Counted from the first letter of the stretch, positions 37,254 to 46,960 are shown. The stretch is DNA of 64,000 nucleotides from Planctomycetota bacterium (GCA_046290465.1 JBKAGP010000001.1:640001-704000); one strand, 5' to 3'. Numbers and translations are program-made. The notes: generated by a model from the sequence alone, not told the origin.

Positions 37254-38888
37254 ATGAGGACCTCTTCGCTGATCCTGCTGGGGGCGCTCGGCGCGGCCGC
37301 GCTTGGCCAAGACCGACCGAAGCCCAACGTCTCGGGCGGGCCGCTGCGGCCCGACCAGGCCTGCTACGACGTGCGCCACTACACGTTGGTGATCGACGTC
37401 GACCCCGCCGAGCGGGCCATCGATGCGGCGCTGACGATGCGGGCCGACGCCGTGCAGGCGATCGAGACGTTCGCCTTGGACCTCGACATGCACCTGCAGG
37501 TCGGCGAGGTCACCGTGCAGGGCGAGCCGGCGCCGCACCAGCACGCCGACGGCAGGATCGTGATCACGCCGGCGCAGCCGATCGAACGCGGCGCGACGTT
37601 CGAGGTGCGCGTCGCCTACGGCGGCAAGCCGCTGGTCGCGAAGCGGCCGCCGTGGACCGGCGGCTTCACGTGGTCCGAGACCAAGGCCGGCAAGCCGTGG
37701 ATCGCGACGTCGTGCCAGGGCGAGGGGGCCGATCTGTGGTGGCCGTGCAAGGACCACCCGTCCGACAAGCCGGACGGCTTCGACCTGCACGTCACCGTGC
37801 CCGCAGGGCTGATCTGCGCGTCCAACGGCACCTTGCAGGGCGAGCCGAAGACCGCGCTCGGCAAGACCACGTTCCACTGGCGCTCGGCCTCGCCGATCGC
37901 CAACTACAACATCGCGCTCAACATCGCGCCGTACGTGGTGCTCGAGGACACGTTCACGTGCGTCGACGGCACCGAGATGCCGATCGCGTTCTACGTGCTG
38001 CCGAGCAGCAAGCGGAAGGCCAAGCGCTGCATGCCGGCGTTCCTCGACCACATCGCGGTGTTCGAACGGTTGCTCGGGCCCTACCCGTTCCGGCACGAGA
38101 AGTACGGCATCGCCGAGACGCCGCACCTCGGCATGGAGCACCAGACGATGGTCGCCTACGGCAACGGCTTCCGCGAGGAGCAATACGACTGGCTGCACAA
38201 CCACGAGCTGGCGCACGAGTGGTGGGGCAACCTGGTCACCTGCCGCGACTGGAAGGACATGTGGCTGCACGAGGGCTTCGGCACCTACATGCAGCCGCTC
38301 TATCGCGAGGTGCGCTTCGGCCGGAAGGCCTACGACGACGAGATCCACCGGCACCGCACCATGAACCGTTCGCCGATCGCGCCGCGAAAGGTCAAGGACA
38401 GCAAGCAGATCTACTTCGGCGGCGGCGGCGGCAACGACATCTACTACAAGGGCAGCCTGGTGCTGCACTCGCTGCGCTACCACCTCGGCGACGCGAAGTT
38501 CTTCGAGGCGCTGAAGCGGTTCGCCTACCCGACCGAGGCGTCGCGGCAGCGGACCGACGGTAGCCAGGTGCGGTTCGTCGACACCGAGGACTTCGTGAAG
38601 CTGGTCGACGAGATCGCCGGGGTCGACACGCGCTGGTTCTTCGAGGTCTACGTGCGCAGCGCCGGCCTGCCGCGGGTCGTCTACCGGTTCGAGGACGGCA
38701 CGCTGCACCTCGAGTGGCGCACGCCGGGCGACCTGCCGTTCCCGATGGACGTGCCGATCAGCGTCAGCGGCGCCGAGGTGCGGGTCGCGATGGTCGATGG
38801 CAAGGGCGCGATGAAGATCGGCGACGCCGAGTTCAAGATCGATCCGAACCGACGGCTGCTGATGGCGAGCCCCCGTCGTCTGCAGTGA
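37254..38888 (+). CDS. Secreted M1-family zinc aminopeptidase
   Basis: GMEHQT, HELAHEWWGN, WLHEGF, YYKG. Confidence 0.92.
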   Translation: MRTSSLILLGALGAAALGQDRPKPNVSGGPLRPDQACYDVRHYTLVIDVDPAERAIDAALTMRADAVQAIETFALDLDMHLQVGEVTVQGEPAPHQHADGRIVITPAQPIERGATFEVRVAYGGKPLVAKRPPWTGGFTWSETKAGKPWIATSCQGEGADLWWPCKDHPSDKPDGFDLHVTVPAGLICASNGTLQGEPKTALGKTTFHWRSASPIANYNIALNIAPYVVLEDTFTCVDGTEMPIAFYVLPSSKRKAKRCMPAFLDHIAVFERLLGPYPFRHEKYGIAETPHLGMEHQTMVAYGNGFREEQYDWLHNHELAHEWWGNLVTCRDWKDMWLHEGFGTYMQPLYREVRFGRKAYDDEIHRHRTMNRSPIAPRKVKDSKQIYFGGGGGNDIYYKGSLVLHSLRYHLGDAKFFEALKRFAYPTEASRQRTDGSQVRFVDTEDFVKLVDEIAGVDTRWFFEVYVRSAGLPRVVYRFEDGTLHLEWRTPGDLPFPMDVPISVSGAEVRVAMVDGKGAMKIGDAEFKIDPNRRLLMASPRRLQ

Positions 38889-38910
38889 CCGTTGGCGCTA
38901 CGCTGCGCAC

Positions 38911-40170
38911 ATGCTGCGCAGCCCGATCCTCGCGACCCTGACGCTCGCCGTGCCGTCGCTGGCGCAGCGGGTCGTCGAGGCGCCCGAGCCCAACGCCTCC
39001 ACGCTGACCGCGACCACGCTGTCGTGTGGCGAGGAGGCGGCCGGCGGCCTCGGCACGCTTTCCGACGAGGACTGGTACCGGGTGGTGCTCGCCGCGAGCA
39101 CCGACCTGCACGTCGCGACCGGGCCCGGGCTCGGCGGTGCCGTGCGCGACACGGTGGTGACGCTGCTCGACGACACCGGCGGGCCTCTGCAGCAGAGCGA
39201 CGACGGCGTCGAGAGCGGTTGGTACTCGGAGCTGTTCGCGGCGGCGCTGCCGGCCGGCGTCTACTACGTCGCAGTGACCGCCGGCGCCAACGCGGTGCCC
39301 GGCAGCTACGTGCTCGACGTTCGCTGCGGGGCTGCGGCGGGTGCGACCGTGCCGCCGACGACCAACGAGGCGGCCGAGAACAACGACCCGCGCAGCGGCG
39401 GCGTCGCGACCAGCGCGATCGTGCCGATGCGCGGCCTGGGCGCGCTCGGCTCGACCGGCGTCGACGGCGATTGGGACTTCTGGCGCGTGCTGGTGTTCGG
39501 CGACAGCGTGCTGCGCGTGCGGCTGGACGCCACCGGCGCGGTCGCGGGCACGCCGGCGCAGGATCCGGTGCTGTACCTGTTCGACGGTGCCAGCGTGCCC
39601 AACCTGGTCGCCGGTCCGTTCTACGCCAGCGACCGCGATGCGTGGGACCAGGTGCTCGACCTGCGCGTCGCCGGTGGCATCCATCACCTCGCGGTGCGCG
39701 GCGCCGACGGCAGCCAGGCCGGCGCCTACGTGCTCGACGTGACCGCGACGCCGGCGGCCGCGGGCACGGTGTTCGCAGGCGGCTGCGGCGGCCGCACGCT
39801 GTGGCTCGGCACAACCGGGTTCGGTCCCGGCGCGCCGCTGGTGCGCGAACGGCCGCGGCTCGGCAGCAGCTACTCGGTCGACGGCAGCAGCCTCGGCGGC
39901 AACGGCTTCGCCTTCCATGTGGTCGGCCTGCAGGCGACGTTCGTCGACCTGACGCCGTTCGGCGCCGCCGGCTGCGCGCTCGAGGTCAGCGTCGTCGACA
40001 CGGTGTTCCAGTTCGCCGACGCCGTCGGCAACGCCAGCTGGACGATCCCGGTGCCGGACACGGCGGCTTTGATCGGCACCCAGCTGCACAGCCAGATCGC
40101 GGTGCTCGACCTCTCCAACGCGCTCGGCATCACGATCAGCAACCGGGTCGCGGCGACGATCGGCGGCTGA
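38911..40170 (+). CDS. Secreted protein with two PPC-like (pre-peptidase C-terminal) domains and a C-terminal beta domain
   Basis: Signal peptide, EPN / ENND motifs, DEDWY / DWDFW, DTVVTL / DPVLYL, G.YVLDV twice. Confidence 0.75.
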   Translation: MLRSPILATLTLAVPSLAQRVVEAPEPNASTLTATTLSCGEEAAGGLGTLSDEDWYRVVLAASTDLHVATGPGLGGAVRDTVVTLLDDTGGPLQQSDDGVESGWYSELFAAALPAGVYYVAVTAGANAVPGSYVLDVRCGAAAGATVPPTTNEAAENNDPRSGGVATSAIVPMRGLGALGSTGVDGDWDFWRVLVFGDSVLRVRLDATGAVAGTPAQDPVLYLFDGASVPNLVAGPFYASDRDAWDQVLDLRVAGGIHHLAVRGADGSQAGAYVLDVTATPAAAGTVFAGGCGGRTLWLGTTGFGPGAPLVRERPRLGSSYSVDGSSLGGNGFAFHVVGLQATFVDLTPFGAAGCALEVSVVDTVFQFADAVGNASWTIPVPDTAALIGTQLHSQIAVLDLSNALGITISNRVAATIGG

Positions 40171-40187
40171 GCGGCGCGCGAGGCGGC

Positions 40188-41585
40188 TCAGAGCCGCTTG
40201 ATGCGCAGGTTGCGGAACGCGACCTCGTCGCCGTGGTCCTGCAGCGCCATCCGGCCCTGCGTGGCCTTGCCGAACGGCCAGTCCTTGAACTTGCTCGCGG
40301 CGATCATGCGGTCCCACTCGGGGCCGGCGCAGGCGCAGTCAACGACCTTCTGTCCGTTGAGGAAGTGCTGCAGGCGGCCCTTCTGCACCACGATGCGCGC
40401 ATCGTTCCAGCAGCCGGCGGGCCGCGCGCGCTTGCCGGTGGGCGACACCAGGTCGTAGAGCGCGCCGACCGCGTGCTTGGGGCCGGGCTTGCGGGTCAGG
40501 TCGTCGAGCACCTGGAACTCCGGACCGCTGAAGTAGGTCTCGCGGCCCTCGTCGGTCACGTGCCACATGACGCCGGAGTTGCCGCCGCTCGCGATGCGGA
40601 ACGAGAACCGGAAGTCGAAGTCGCCGTACTGCTCGCGGCTGACCAGGTCGCCGCCGCCGCCGCCCGCCTCGTGCACGATCGCGGCGTCGCGCACCACCCA
40701 GCCCTGCTGCGGCAGCTCGTCGCTCTGGAAGCCGGTCCAGTGCTCCATCCGCCTGCCGTCGAACAGCGACACGAAGCCCTGCTGCTCCTCCTTCGCCGAC
40801 AGCCGGTTGAGCGGCGTCGGCGACAGCGTGACGGCGCCGGTCGCCGCCCATTCGCTGCCGCGCGCCAGCAGGTGGCGCAGCTGCGGGTCGTGCCAGGTGG
40901 CGTGGCTCGGCACCCGGTTGCGCCAGACGTGGCCGAGCGGCGTGTGGAACACGCGGCCCTCGCCGAACGTGGCCGCGGTCGCCATCGGTTCGTGGCGGCC
41001 GGTGCCGCCGGTCTTGGGGTCGCTGAACGCGCTCATCAGCACGCGGTACTCCGCGCCGGGCTTGTGCACCAGGCGGTGGTAGAGCTCGTCCGGGTGCATG
41101 CGCAGGTCGCGCATGCCCGCCGTGATCGGGTGGTGGTGGTCGATGCAGTGCACGTCGAACGGGTGGTAGCGGCCGTGGCCGGTGCCGCGGCGCCACAGCA
41201 GCCCGACCATCAGTTCGTAGTCGTGCCAGCCCTCGAACGCGTTGTTGGCCGCGTGCACGACGCTGACCCCGCAGCCGGCGCGCACCGCCGCCAGGAACGA
41301 GGTCTCGGCCGCCTCGCCCCAGCGCGGGCCGTTGTAGTCGAGCACGATCAGGTCGAGCTTGCCGTCGGCGTGCCGTGCCGCGACGTCCTGCAGGTCCTTG
41401 GCAGGTTCGTAGGTGATCTCCACCTCGAAGCGGCCGGTCTCCTCGAGTGCCGCTTTGATCTGCGGCGAGGTCCACTGCCAGTCGTGGTTGTTGGCGCCGG
41501 ACACGACCAGCGTCCGGATCGGCTGCTGCGGAGCCTGCGGCGCGCACAGCGCGAGCAGGGACGACACGAGGGTGGCGGCGAACAT
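40188..41585 (-). CDS. ThuA-like domain + DUF1080 protein
   Basis: SGANNHDW, DELY, GRVFHTPLGH, then LFDG, GNSGV, EFQVLDD, LQDHGDEVAFRNL. Confidence 0.9.
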   Translation of the reverse strand: MFAATLVSSLLALCAPQAPQQPIRTLVVSGANNHDWQWTSPQIKAALEETGRFEVEITYEPAKDLQDVAARHADGKLDLIVLDYNGPRWGEAAETSFLAAVRAGCGVSVVHAANNAFEGWHDYELMVGLLWRRGTGHGRYHPFDVHCIDHHHPITAGMRDLRMHPDELYHRLVHKPGAEYRVLMSAFSDPKTGGTGRHEPMATAATFGEGRVFHTPLGHVWRNRVPSHATWHDPQLRHLLARGSEWAATGAVTLSPTPLNRLSAKEEQQGFVSLFDGRRMEHWTGFQSDELPQQGWVVRDAAIVHEAGGGGGDLVSREQYGDFDFRFSFRIASGGNSGVMWHVTDEGRETYFSGPEFQVLDDLTRKPGPKHAVGALYDLVSPTGKRARPAGCWNDARIVVQKGRLQHFLNGQKVVDCACAGPEWDRMIAASKFKDWPFGKATQGRMALQDHGDEVAFRNLRIKRL

Positions 41586-41665
41586 GGCGAGAACGGTAGC
41601 GCGACGGCGCGCGCGGTGGCCACGTCACGCTGGCGATGCTCGTCGCGTTCCTGTATCCCATCGCC

Positions 41666-43054
41666 ATGCAACCGTGGTCCGTGCCTGCGCTCGTCGTCAC
41701 TGCAGCGCTCGCGACGTCGGTGTGCGCCCAGCGCGACGCGCTGCAGCGCGCCGTCGACAACGCCGAGGCGCGCGGCGTGCGCACCGGCGTCGCCGTCTGC
41801 AGCTCGACCGGCGACGTGCTGTTCCGCCACCGCGCGGCCGAGTCGTTCGCGCCGGCGAGCAACATGAAGCTGTTGACCGCCGCCGGCGTGCTGCAGGGAC
41901 TCGGCGCCGACCACCGGTTCGAGACCGTGTTCTCCCTCGAGGCGGGCGAACTGGTGGTGCAGGCCGGCGGCGACCCGAACTGGATCGCCGAGACCGAGCA
42001 CGACCCGGAGCAGGTGTTCGCGCTGGTCGCGCGCGCGCTCGCCGAGCACGACGTGCACAGCGTGCGCGGGGTCCGCCTCGAGCCGGGGGTGTTCCACGGA
42101 CCGTCGCGACCGAAGACGTGGCCGCAGGACCAGCTCTACACCTACTACTGCGCGCCGACCGGTGGGTTCGTGCTGCAGCAGGGCACGTTCGTGATGGCGA
42201 TCGAGCGCAGCGGCGGCCGCAACGCCCGCGCCACGCTGCTGGCGCCGCCGGCCGGCTACGAGATCCGCGGCGGCATCCGCGAGGTCGCGTCCCAGCAGGG
42301 CGCCACCTACGGCGCCATCGACCAGGGCGGCACGATCCGCGTGCGCGGCAAATTCTACGAGAAGTCGCCGCGGGTCGAGATCCGGACCGCGGTCAACGAC
42401 CCCGACCGGTGGTTTGCCGACGCGTTGGCGCACCAGCTGCGCAAGAACGGCGTGCGCGTCGGTGCCGGCGGGCCGGCGCACCAGCACGGCGAGGTCTACC
42501 GGCACCGGACGCCGCTGCAGCCGGCGCTGCGGCGCATGCTCGAGGACTCGTCCAACTTCGACGCCGAGCAGTGCCTGCGCGTGCTCGGCGCGCGCACGCG
42601 ACGCGACGGCAGCCTGCTGGGCGGCAACGCCGCGCTGCGCGACCGCCTCGCCGACCTCGTCGGCCACGTGCCGGAGGGCGTCGTGATCGCCGACGGCTCC
42701 GGCCTGTCCAAGGAGAACCGGATCACTCCCGGCCTGCTGGTCGTCGCGATGTTCCAGTTGCAGCGCAAGGGGCTGTGGTCGCAGCTGCAGGCGTGCCTGC
42801 CGGTCGCCGGCCGCACCGGCACGCTGCGCAAGCGGTTCGTCGGCAGCGACCTGGTCGACAAGGTGCGCGCCAAGACCGGCTGGATCCGCGGCGCATCGTC
42901 GCTGTCGGGCATGGTCGAGCTGCCCGACGGCGAGCTGCGCTGGTTCTCGATCCTGATGAACTACGACCGCGGTCGCAACGGGCTGAACAAGGAGCTCAAG
43001 CAGATCCAGGAGGACATCGTCGCGGCGGTCGCGGCGATGCAGGTGCAGCGTTGA
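41666..43054 (+). CDS. dacB: D-Ala-D-Ala carboxypeptidase/endopeptidase (peptidase S13, PBP4)
   Basis: PASNMK (SxxK), GGDP, SSN (SxN), DGSGLS, GTLRKR, AKTG. Confidence 0.92.
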   Translation: MQPWSVPALVVTAALATSVCAQRDALQRAVDNAEARGVRTGVAVCSSTGDVLFRHRAAESFAPASNMKLLTAAGVLQGLGADHRFETVFSLEAGELVVQAGGDPNWIAETEHDPEQVFALVARALAEHDVHSVRGVRLEPGVFHGPSRPKTWPQDQLYTYYCAPTGGFVLQQGTFVMAIERSGGRNARATLLAPPAGYEIRGGIREVASQQGATYGAIDQGGTIRVRGKFYEKSPRVEIRTAVNDPDRWFADALAHQLRKNGVRVGAGGPAHQHGEVYRHRTPLQPALRRMLEDSSNFDAEQCLRVLGARTRRDGSLLGGNAALRDRLADLVGHVPEGVVIADGSGLSKENRITPGLLVVAMFQLQRKGLWSQLQACLPVAGRTGTLRKRFVGSDLVDKVRAKTGWIRGASSLSGMVELPDGELRWFSILMNYDRGRNGLNKELKQIQEDIVAAVAAMQVQR

Positions 43055-43875
43055 GCGAGCTGCAGCCGTTCGTCGACGAGGCGGTGCGGTTGGCGCACCT
43101 CGCCGGCGAAGAGCTGCTGCGCCAGCGCCGCAGCCGGGTCGCGTTCGAGACCAAGGGCGCGCGGCGCGAACTGGTCACCAGCGCCGACCGCGCCGCCGAG
43201 CACATCGTCGTCGGCGGCCTGCAGCGGGCGTTTCCGGAGCACGCGGTGCTCGCCGAGGAGGGCGTGCTGACGACCCAGGGCGAGCCGAGCAGCGCGTCGG
43301 AGTGGCTGTGGATCGTCGACCCGCTCGACGGCACCACCAACTTCGTGCACGACGTGCCGTTCTACTGCGTGGCGATCGCGTTGGCGCACCGCGGCGATCC
43401 GGTGGTCGGCGTGGTGCACGCGCCGGCGCTCGGCGAGACCTACGAGGCCAGCCGCGGCGGCGGGGCGCGGCGCACGCTGGCCGACGGTGCGGTGCGCGCG
43501 CTCGAGGTCAGCGCCACCGACGCGTTCGCCGACGCGCTGCTGGCGACCGGCTTCAGCTACAACCGCAACGAACCGGGCTGTGACGACAACTCGGGCAGCC
43601 TCGCCGCGATCCTGCCGCACTGCCGCGACCTGCGGCGACTCGGCAGCGCTGAGCTCGACCTGTGCCTGGTCGCCGCCGGCAGCTACGACGGCTACTGGGA
43701 ACGCTACCTGCAGCCGTACGACGTGGCCGCGGGCTCGGTGGTGGTGCGCGAGGCCGGCGGCCGGATCAGCGACTACCCCGGTGGCGACGACTGGCTGTTC
43801 GGCGACTCGGTGATCGCCAGCAACGGCCGGCTGCACGACGAGCTGCGCGAACGGCTGCTGCGGGCCACGCGGTAG
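43051..43875 (+). CDS. suhB: Inositol monophosphatase family protein
   Basis: TTG start overlapping the dacB stop. LVTSAD, LAEE, WIVDPLDGTTNF, RRLGSA.LDL, PYDVAAG (Tyr where W is usual). Confidence 0.88.
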   Translation: MSELQPFVDEAVRLAHLAGEELLRQRRSRVAFETKGARRELVTSADRAAEHIVVGGLQRAFPEHAVLAEEGVLTTQGEPSSASEWLWIVDPLDGTTNFVHDVPFYCVAIALAHRGDPVVGVVHAPALGETYEASRGGGARRTLADGAVRALEVSATDAFADALLATGFSYNRNEPGCDDNSGSLAAILPHCRDLRRLGSAELDLCLVAAGSYDGYWERYLQPYDVAAGSVVVREAGGRISDYPGGDDWLFGDSVIASNGRLHDELRERLLRATR

Positions 43876-43930
43876 CGCGCGGCCCGCGGCCGACCGATCC
43901 TGGCGGCGGATCGCGCCGGCGCGCGCAGGA

Positions 43931-45193
43931 CTAGAAGTAGAGCGTCGCCTGCGCGTAGCCGACCTGACGCTGGTCGTCGTCGATCGCGTAGCCGGCGCCG
44001 ACGTGCAGGCCGGGCCGCACCATCTTGCCGACCAGCAGGTCGAACTCGAGTTCGCCGAGCTGGGTCGCCGCGCCGTCGCGGTCGAGGGTCAGCACGGTCG
44101 CGGTGCAGTCGAGGTCGAAGCCCGGCGTGAACTGCGCGCTCAGCTGGTTGGTGTCGAGGTCACTGCGCCAGATGCCGCCGTACTGGTGCAGCAGGCCGGC
44201 CGAGTTGAAGTCGGCAGGGTTGATGTGCAGCGCGCCTTCACTGTCGGTGCGGGTGAACGCGACCGCGCGCAGGAAGCCGCAGCAGGGCTCGTCGAAGGTG
44301 TATTCGAGGCGCGCGCGGTAGGCGGTGACGTCGTCGCCCATGTCGACCGAGCGGTGGGCGAACTGCGCCTCCCATTTGAGGTTCTCGGTGAAGTGGCCGA
44401 CGCCTTCGAGGCCGGCCCAGTTGTCGTTGGCGTTGCGCTGCACGTCGCCGTCGTTGGTGCCGGTCATGAAGTAGGCGTTGAGGGTCTCGAGCAGTCCGTC
44501 CTCGCAGGCGTTCCAGCGCGCGGTGCCGCCGGCGTAGCGTTCGCCGCCGCCGACCAGCTGGCTCTGCAGCGGACCGTAGTTGTCGAACGCGAACGCCTCG
44601 ACGTCGATGTCGCCGAAGCTGCGCGACACCCAGATGCCGGTGAACGCACCGGGGTACTGCAGGAAGTCACACGAGCCGAGCACCATGCCGTTGGCGAGGA
44701 AGTAGTTGCTGCGGCCGATGCGGATCCGTTCGTCGAAGCCGAACGCGTCCTCCAGCTGCATGTAGGCCTGCGCGATGCCGTTGAAGTTCTCGCGGGACAG
44801 GATGCCGTTCGGTCCCTGCTGGAACGGCGCGGCGTCCGAGTAGCCCTCGGCACCGGCCCAGACCTCCGAGTAGTTGAACTCGACGTAGGCCTGCGCCCAC
44901 TCGTTGACCTCGTAGTCGAGCTGCAGGCGCGTGCGCGTGCTGTAGTTGTCGTTGGCGTTGTAGGGGGCGTCGTCCGGGGTCTCGGCGAAGCGACCGCGCA
45001 GGCGGGTGTCGCCGGTGAACCGCAGCTTGTCGGAGCGCAACGTCAGGCCGGTGTCGACCCGTTCGACCTCGTCGCCGGGAGGGGCGAAGCTGAAGCAACG
45101 GTTCTGCGGTGAGTAGCACTGCTGCGCCACCGCGACCTGGGACACGCAGAGGACCGCAGCCACCGTGGCTGCGGTCGAGAGGAGCTTGATCAT
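43931..45193 (-). CDS. Outer-membrane beta-barrel (alginate-export-like porin)
   Basis: Signal peptide, GDTRLR, RTRLQLDY, QAYMQL, IRIGR, alternating beta strands and terminal Phe (ATLYF). Confidence 0.75.
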   Translation of the reverse strand: MIKLLSTAATVAAVLCVSQVAVAQQCYSPQNRCFSFAPPGDEVERVDTGLTLRSDKLRFTGDTRLRGRFAETPDDAPYNANDNYSTRTRLQLDYEVNEWAQAYVEFNYSEVWAGAEGYSDAAPFQQGPNGILSRENFNGIAQAYMQLEDAFGFDERIRIGRSNYFLANGMVLGSCDFLQYPGAFTGIWVSRSFGDIDVEAFAFDNYGPLQSQLVGGGERYAGGTARWNACEDGLLETLNAYFMTGTNDGDVQRNANDNWAGLEGVGHFTENLKWEAQFAHRSVDMGDDVTAYRARLEYTFDEPCCGFLRAVAFTRTDSEGALHINPADFNSAGLLHQYGGIWRSDLDTNQLSAQFTPGFDLDCTATVLTLDRDGAATQLGELEFDLLVGKMVRPGLHVGAGYAIDDDQRQVGYAQATLYF

Positions 45194-45516
45194 CTGGCTT
45201 GCTCTGCTGTGAGAGAGTGGCGGCCGATGCCGCGGAGCAAGTCGATGACGTGGAAGCTGGAGAGCGCCGTGAACTCTTGGCTCAGAAGTTCAGGGGGAAC
45301 CGACCGGCTCCCCGGCTCTCCACGGAACCTGCTCCGTGGATCAGCCAGGGGTTGCTTCACGTGTATGGAAGCAATGGGGTCTGGATCGGTCGGTCGATCA
45401 CGCGACGAACCATATCGCGCAGCCGCGACGGCGGACGTCGCGAATTGTCGCGAAGTTGTCCGGCAAAGCCTGCGTTGCCGTGCAGCGCTTGGGTTTGCCA
45501 TTGCATCGCCGCGCCG

Positions 45517-45533
45517 CTGGCAGGTTCAATGCG
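45517..45533 (+). promoter_or_regulatory. Possible sigma-54 (-24/-12) promoter for the dsrE operon
   Basis: CTGGCAGGTTCAATGCG has exact GG-N10-GC spacing and lies about 280 bp upstream of dsrE. Confidence 0.45.
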
Positions 45534-45814
45534 CGCTGTCCCGGAACGCGCACCCGCCGATGAACCACCCCCGCAGACATTGACACCCCTGAGCCCGGCC
45601 CGGGCGGGGTGCGGTCTGCGCCCCTCATCGGCCTCTCGCTGCCGTTCCGACGCAGGCGTAGCGCATCGCGCTCGCACGGCTTGGGGCGGGCGGGGTCGTG
45701 TGCCTTGGTCAGGCTCTCGGACGGACACGCGCCGTTCCGCTGGATCGATCCACACCGAGCCCCTTGACCCGAACCCTGAGCCCCGAACCCCGAACCCCGG
45801 GGCAAGCCGAAGCC

Positions 45815-46180
45815 ATGAGCAACACATTCTGCGTCACCATCACCGAGTGCAAGACCAACGAGGACAAGGCCACGCTCGGCTTCGTCGTCGCCAACGCCGC
45901 GGTCGGCAGCGAGAAGGAGACGATGGTCTTCCTGAGCGCCGACGGCGTCTGGGCCGCCGTGCAGGGGGAGATGGACAAGGTCGCGGCCGGCGAGCCGTTC
46001 GTGCCGCTGAAGGAGCTGGTCGACAAGTTCGTCGCCAACGGCGGCAAGATCCTGGTCTGTTCGCCGTGCATGAAGAAGCGCGGCATCACCGAGGACCAGC
46101 TGGTGGCGGGTGCGACCCCGGCCGGCGGTGCCGCGCTGGTCGAGTGGCTCGCCAACGGTTCGCCCAGCGTCGGCTACTAG
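45815..46180 (+). CDS. DsrE/DsrF-like family protein
   Basis: ATLGFVVANAA, VFLSADGV, GGKILVCSPCMKKRG. 121 aa. Confidence 0.88.
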   Translation: MSNTFCVTITECKTNEDKATLGFVVANAAVGSEKETMVFLSADGVWAAVQGEMDKVAAGEPFVPLKELVDKFVANGGKILVCSPCMKKRGITEDQLVAGATPAGGAALVEWLANGSPSVGY

Positions 46181-46190
46181 GGAACGGTCC

Positions 46191-46946
46191 GTGCTGACCC
46201 CCGAACAACTTGCCGGACTCGAGCCCGACCGCGTCTTCGACGGCGGCGCGCTCGACTGCGGATCGGGTCTGGTGCTGCTGATCCGCGAGAACATGCTGCC
46301 GGTGCCCGACGCCGGCGTGCTCGAGATCCGCAGCGTCGAACGCAGCGTGCGCGACGACCTGCCGCCGTGGTGCCGGATGGTCGGCCACGAGTTCCTCGGC
46401 GCGCTGCCGGGGGCGAGCCCCGAGCAGGCGCGCTACTTCGTGCGGCGCGGCGGCGGCGCGGCGATGCAGCAGGAGGCGGCCGCGCTCGAGCAGGACAAGC
46501 AGCGCGCGCGCGACTACCAGTGGCGGCTGCGGGCCCGTTCGTCGGCGCCGCTCGAGACGTCGGTCTACTGCCGCAACTTCCAGTGGCGGATCGGGCAGCC
46601 GGCCAGCTTCGAGGAGCAGGACGCCAACCCGTCGGCGATCGAGTCGCTGGTCGGAGCGCTGGCGGGGGACCTGGTGACCGGGTTCGCGGTCGCCGCATCC
46701 CGGGCAGGCCTGCAGGTCGACGACATCGAGTTGACCGCGCGGGCCCGCCTGCACGACGTCACCGCACACCTCGGCCTGGTCGAGGGCGACCCTTCGATCG
46801 AGTCGATCGAGGCGCGTCTGTTCGCGTCGACGTTCGACGACGAGGCGCGGGTGCGGGCGGTCTGGGACCAGACCGTGCGCCGGTCGCCGCTCGCTGCGAC
46901 GCTCCGCAAGGCCACCCGGCTCCACATCACCCTGGCAATCGTCTGA
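46191..46946 (+). CDS. TusA/SirA-like sulfur carrier fused to an OsmC-like domain
   Basis: FDGGALDCGSGL..IR, G.LEIRS, DLPPWCRMVGHE, YFVRR. C-terminal OsmC-like NPSAIESLVGALA...RRSPL. Confidence 0.82.
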   Translation: MLTPEQLAGLEPDRVFDGGALDCGSGLVLLIRENMLPVPDAGVLEIRSVERSVRDDLPPWCRMVGHEFLGALPGASPEQARYFVRRGGGAAMQQEAAALEQDKQRARDYQWRLRARSSAPLETSVYCRNFQWRIGQPASFEEQDANPSAIESLVGALAGDLVTGFAVAASRAGLQVDDIELTARARLHDVTAHLGLVEGDPSIESIEARLFASTFDDEARVRAVWDQTVRRSPLAATLRKATRLHITLAIV

Positions 46947-46960
46947 CCGAGGAGAGGCCG

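Noticed and set aside
45194..45815. tRNA-Sec (selC) or another tRNA in the long intergenic region
   Set aside because: No cloverleaf with a T-loop GTTCRA and a UCA anticodon was found. No sel genes lie in this window.
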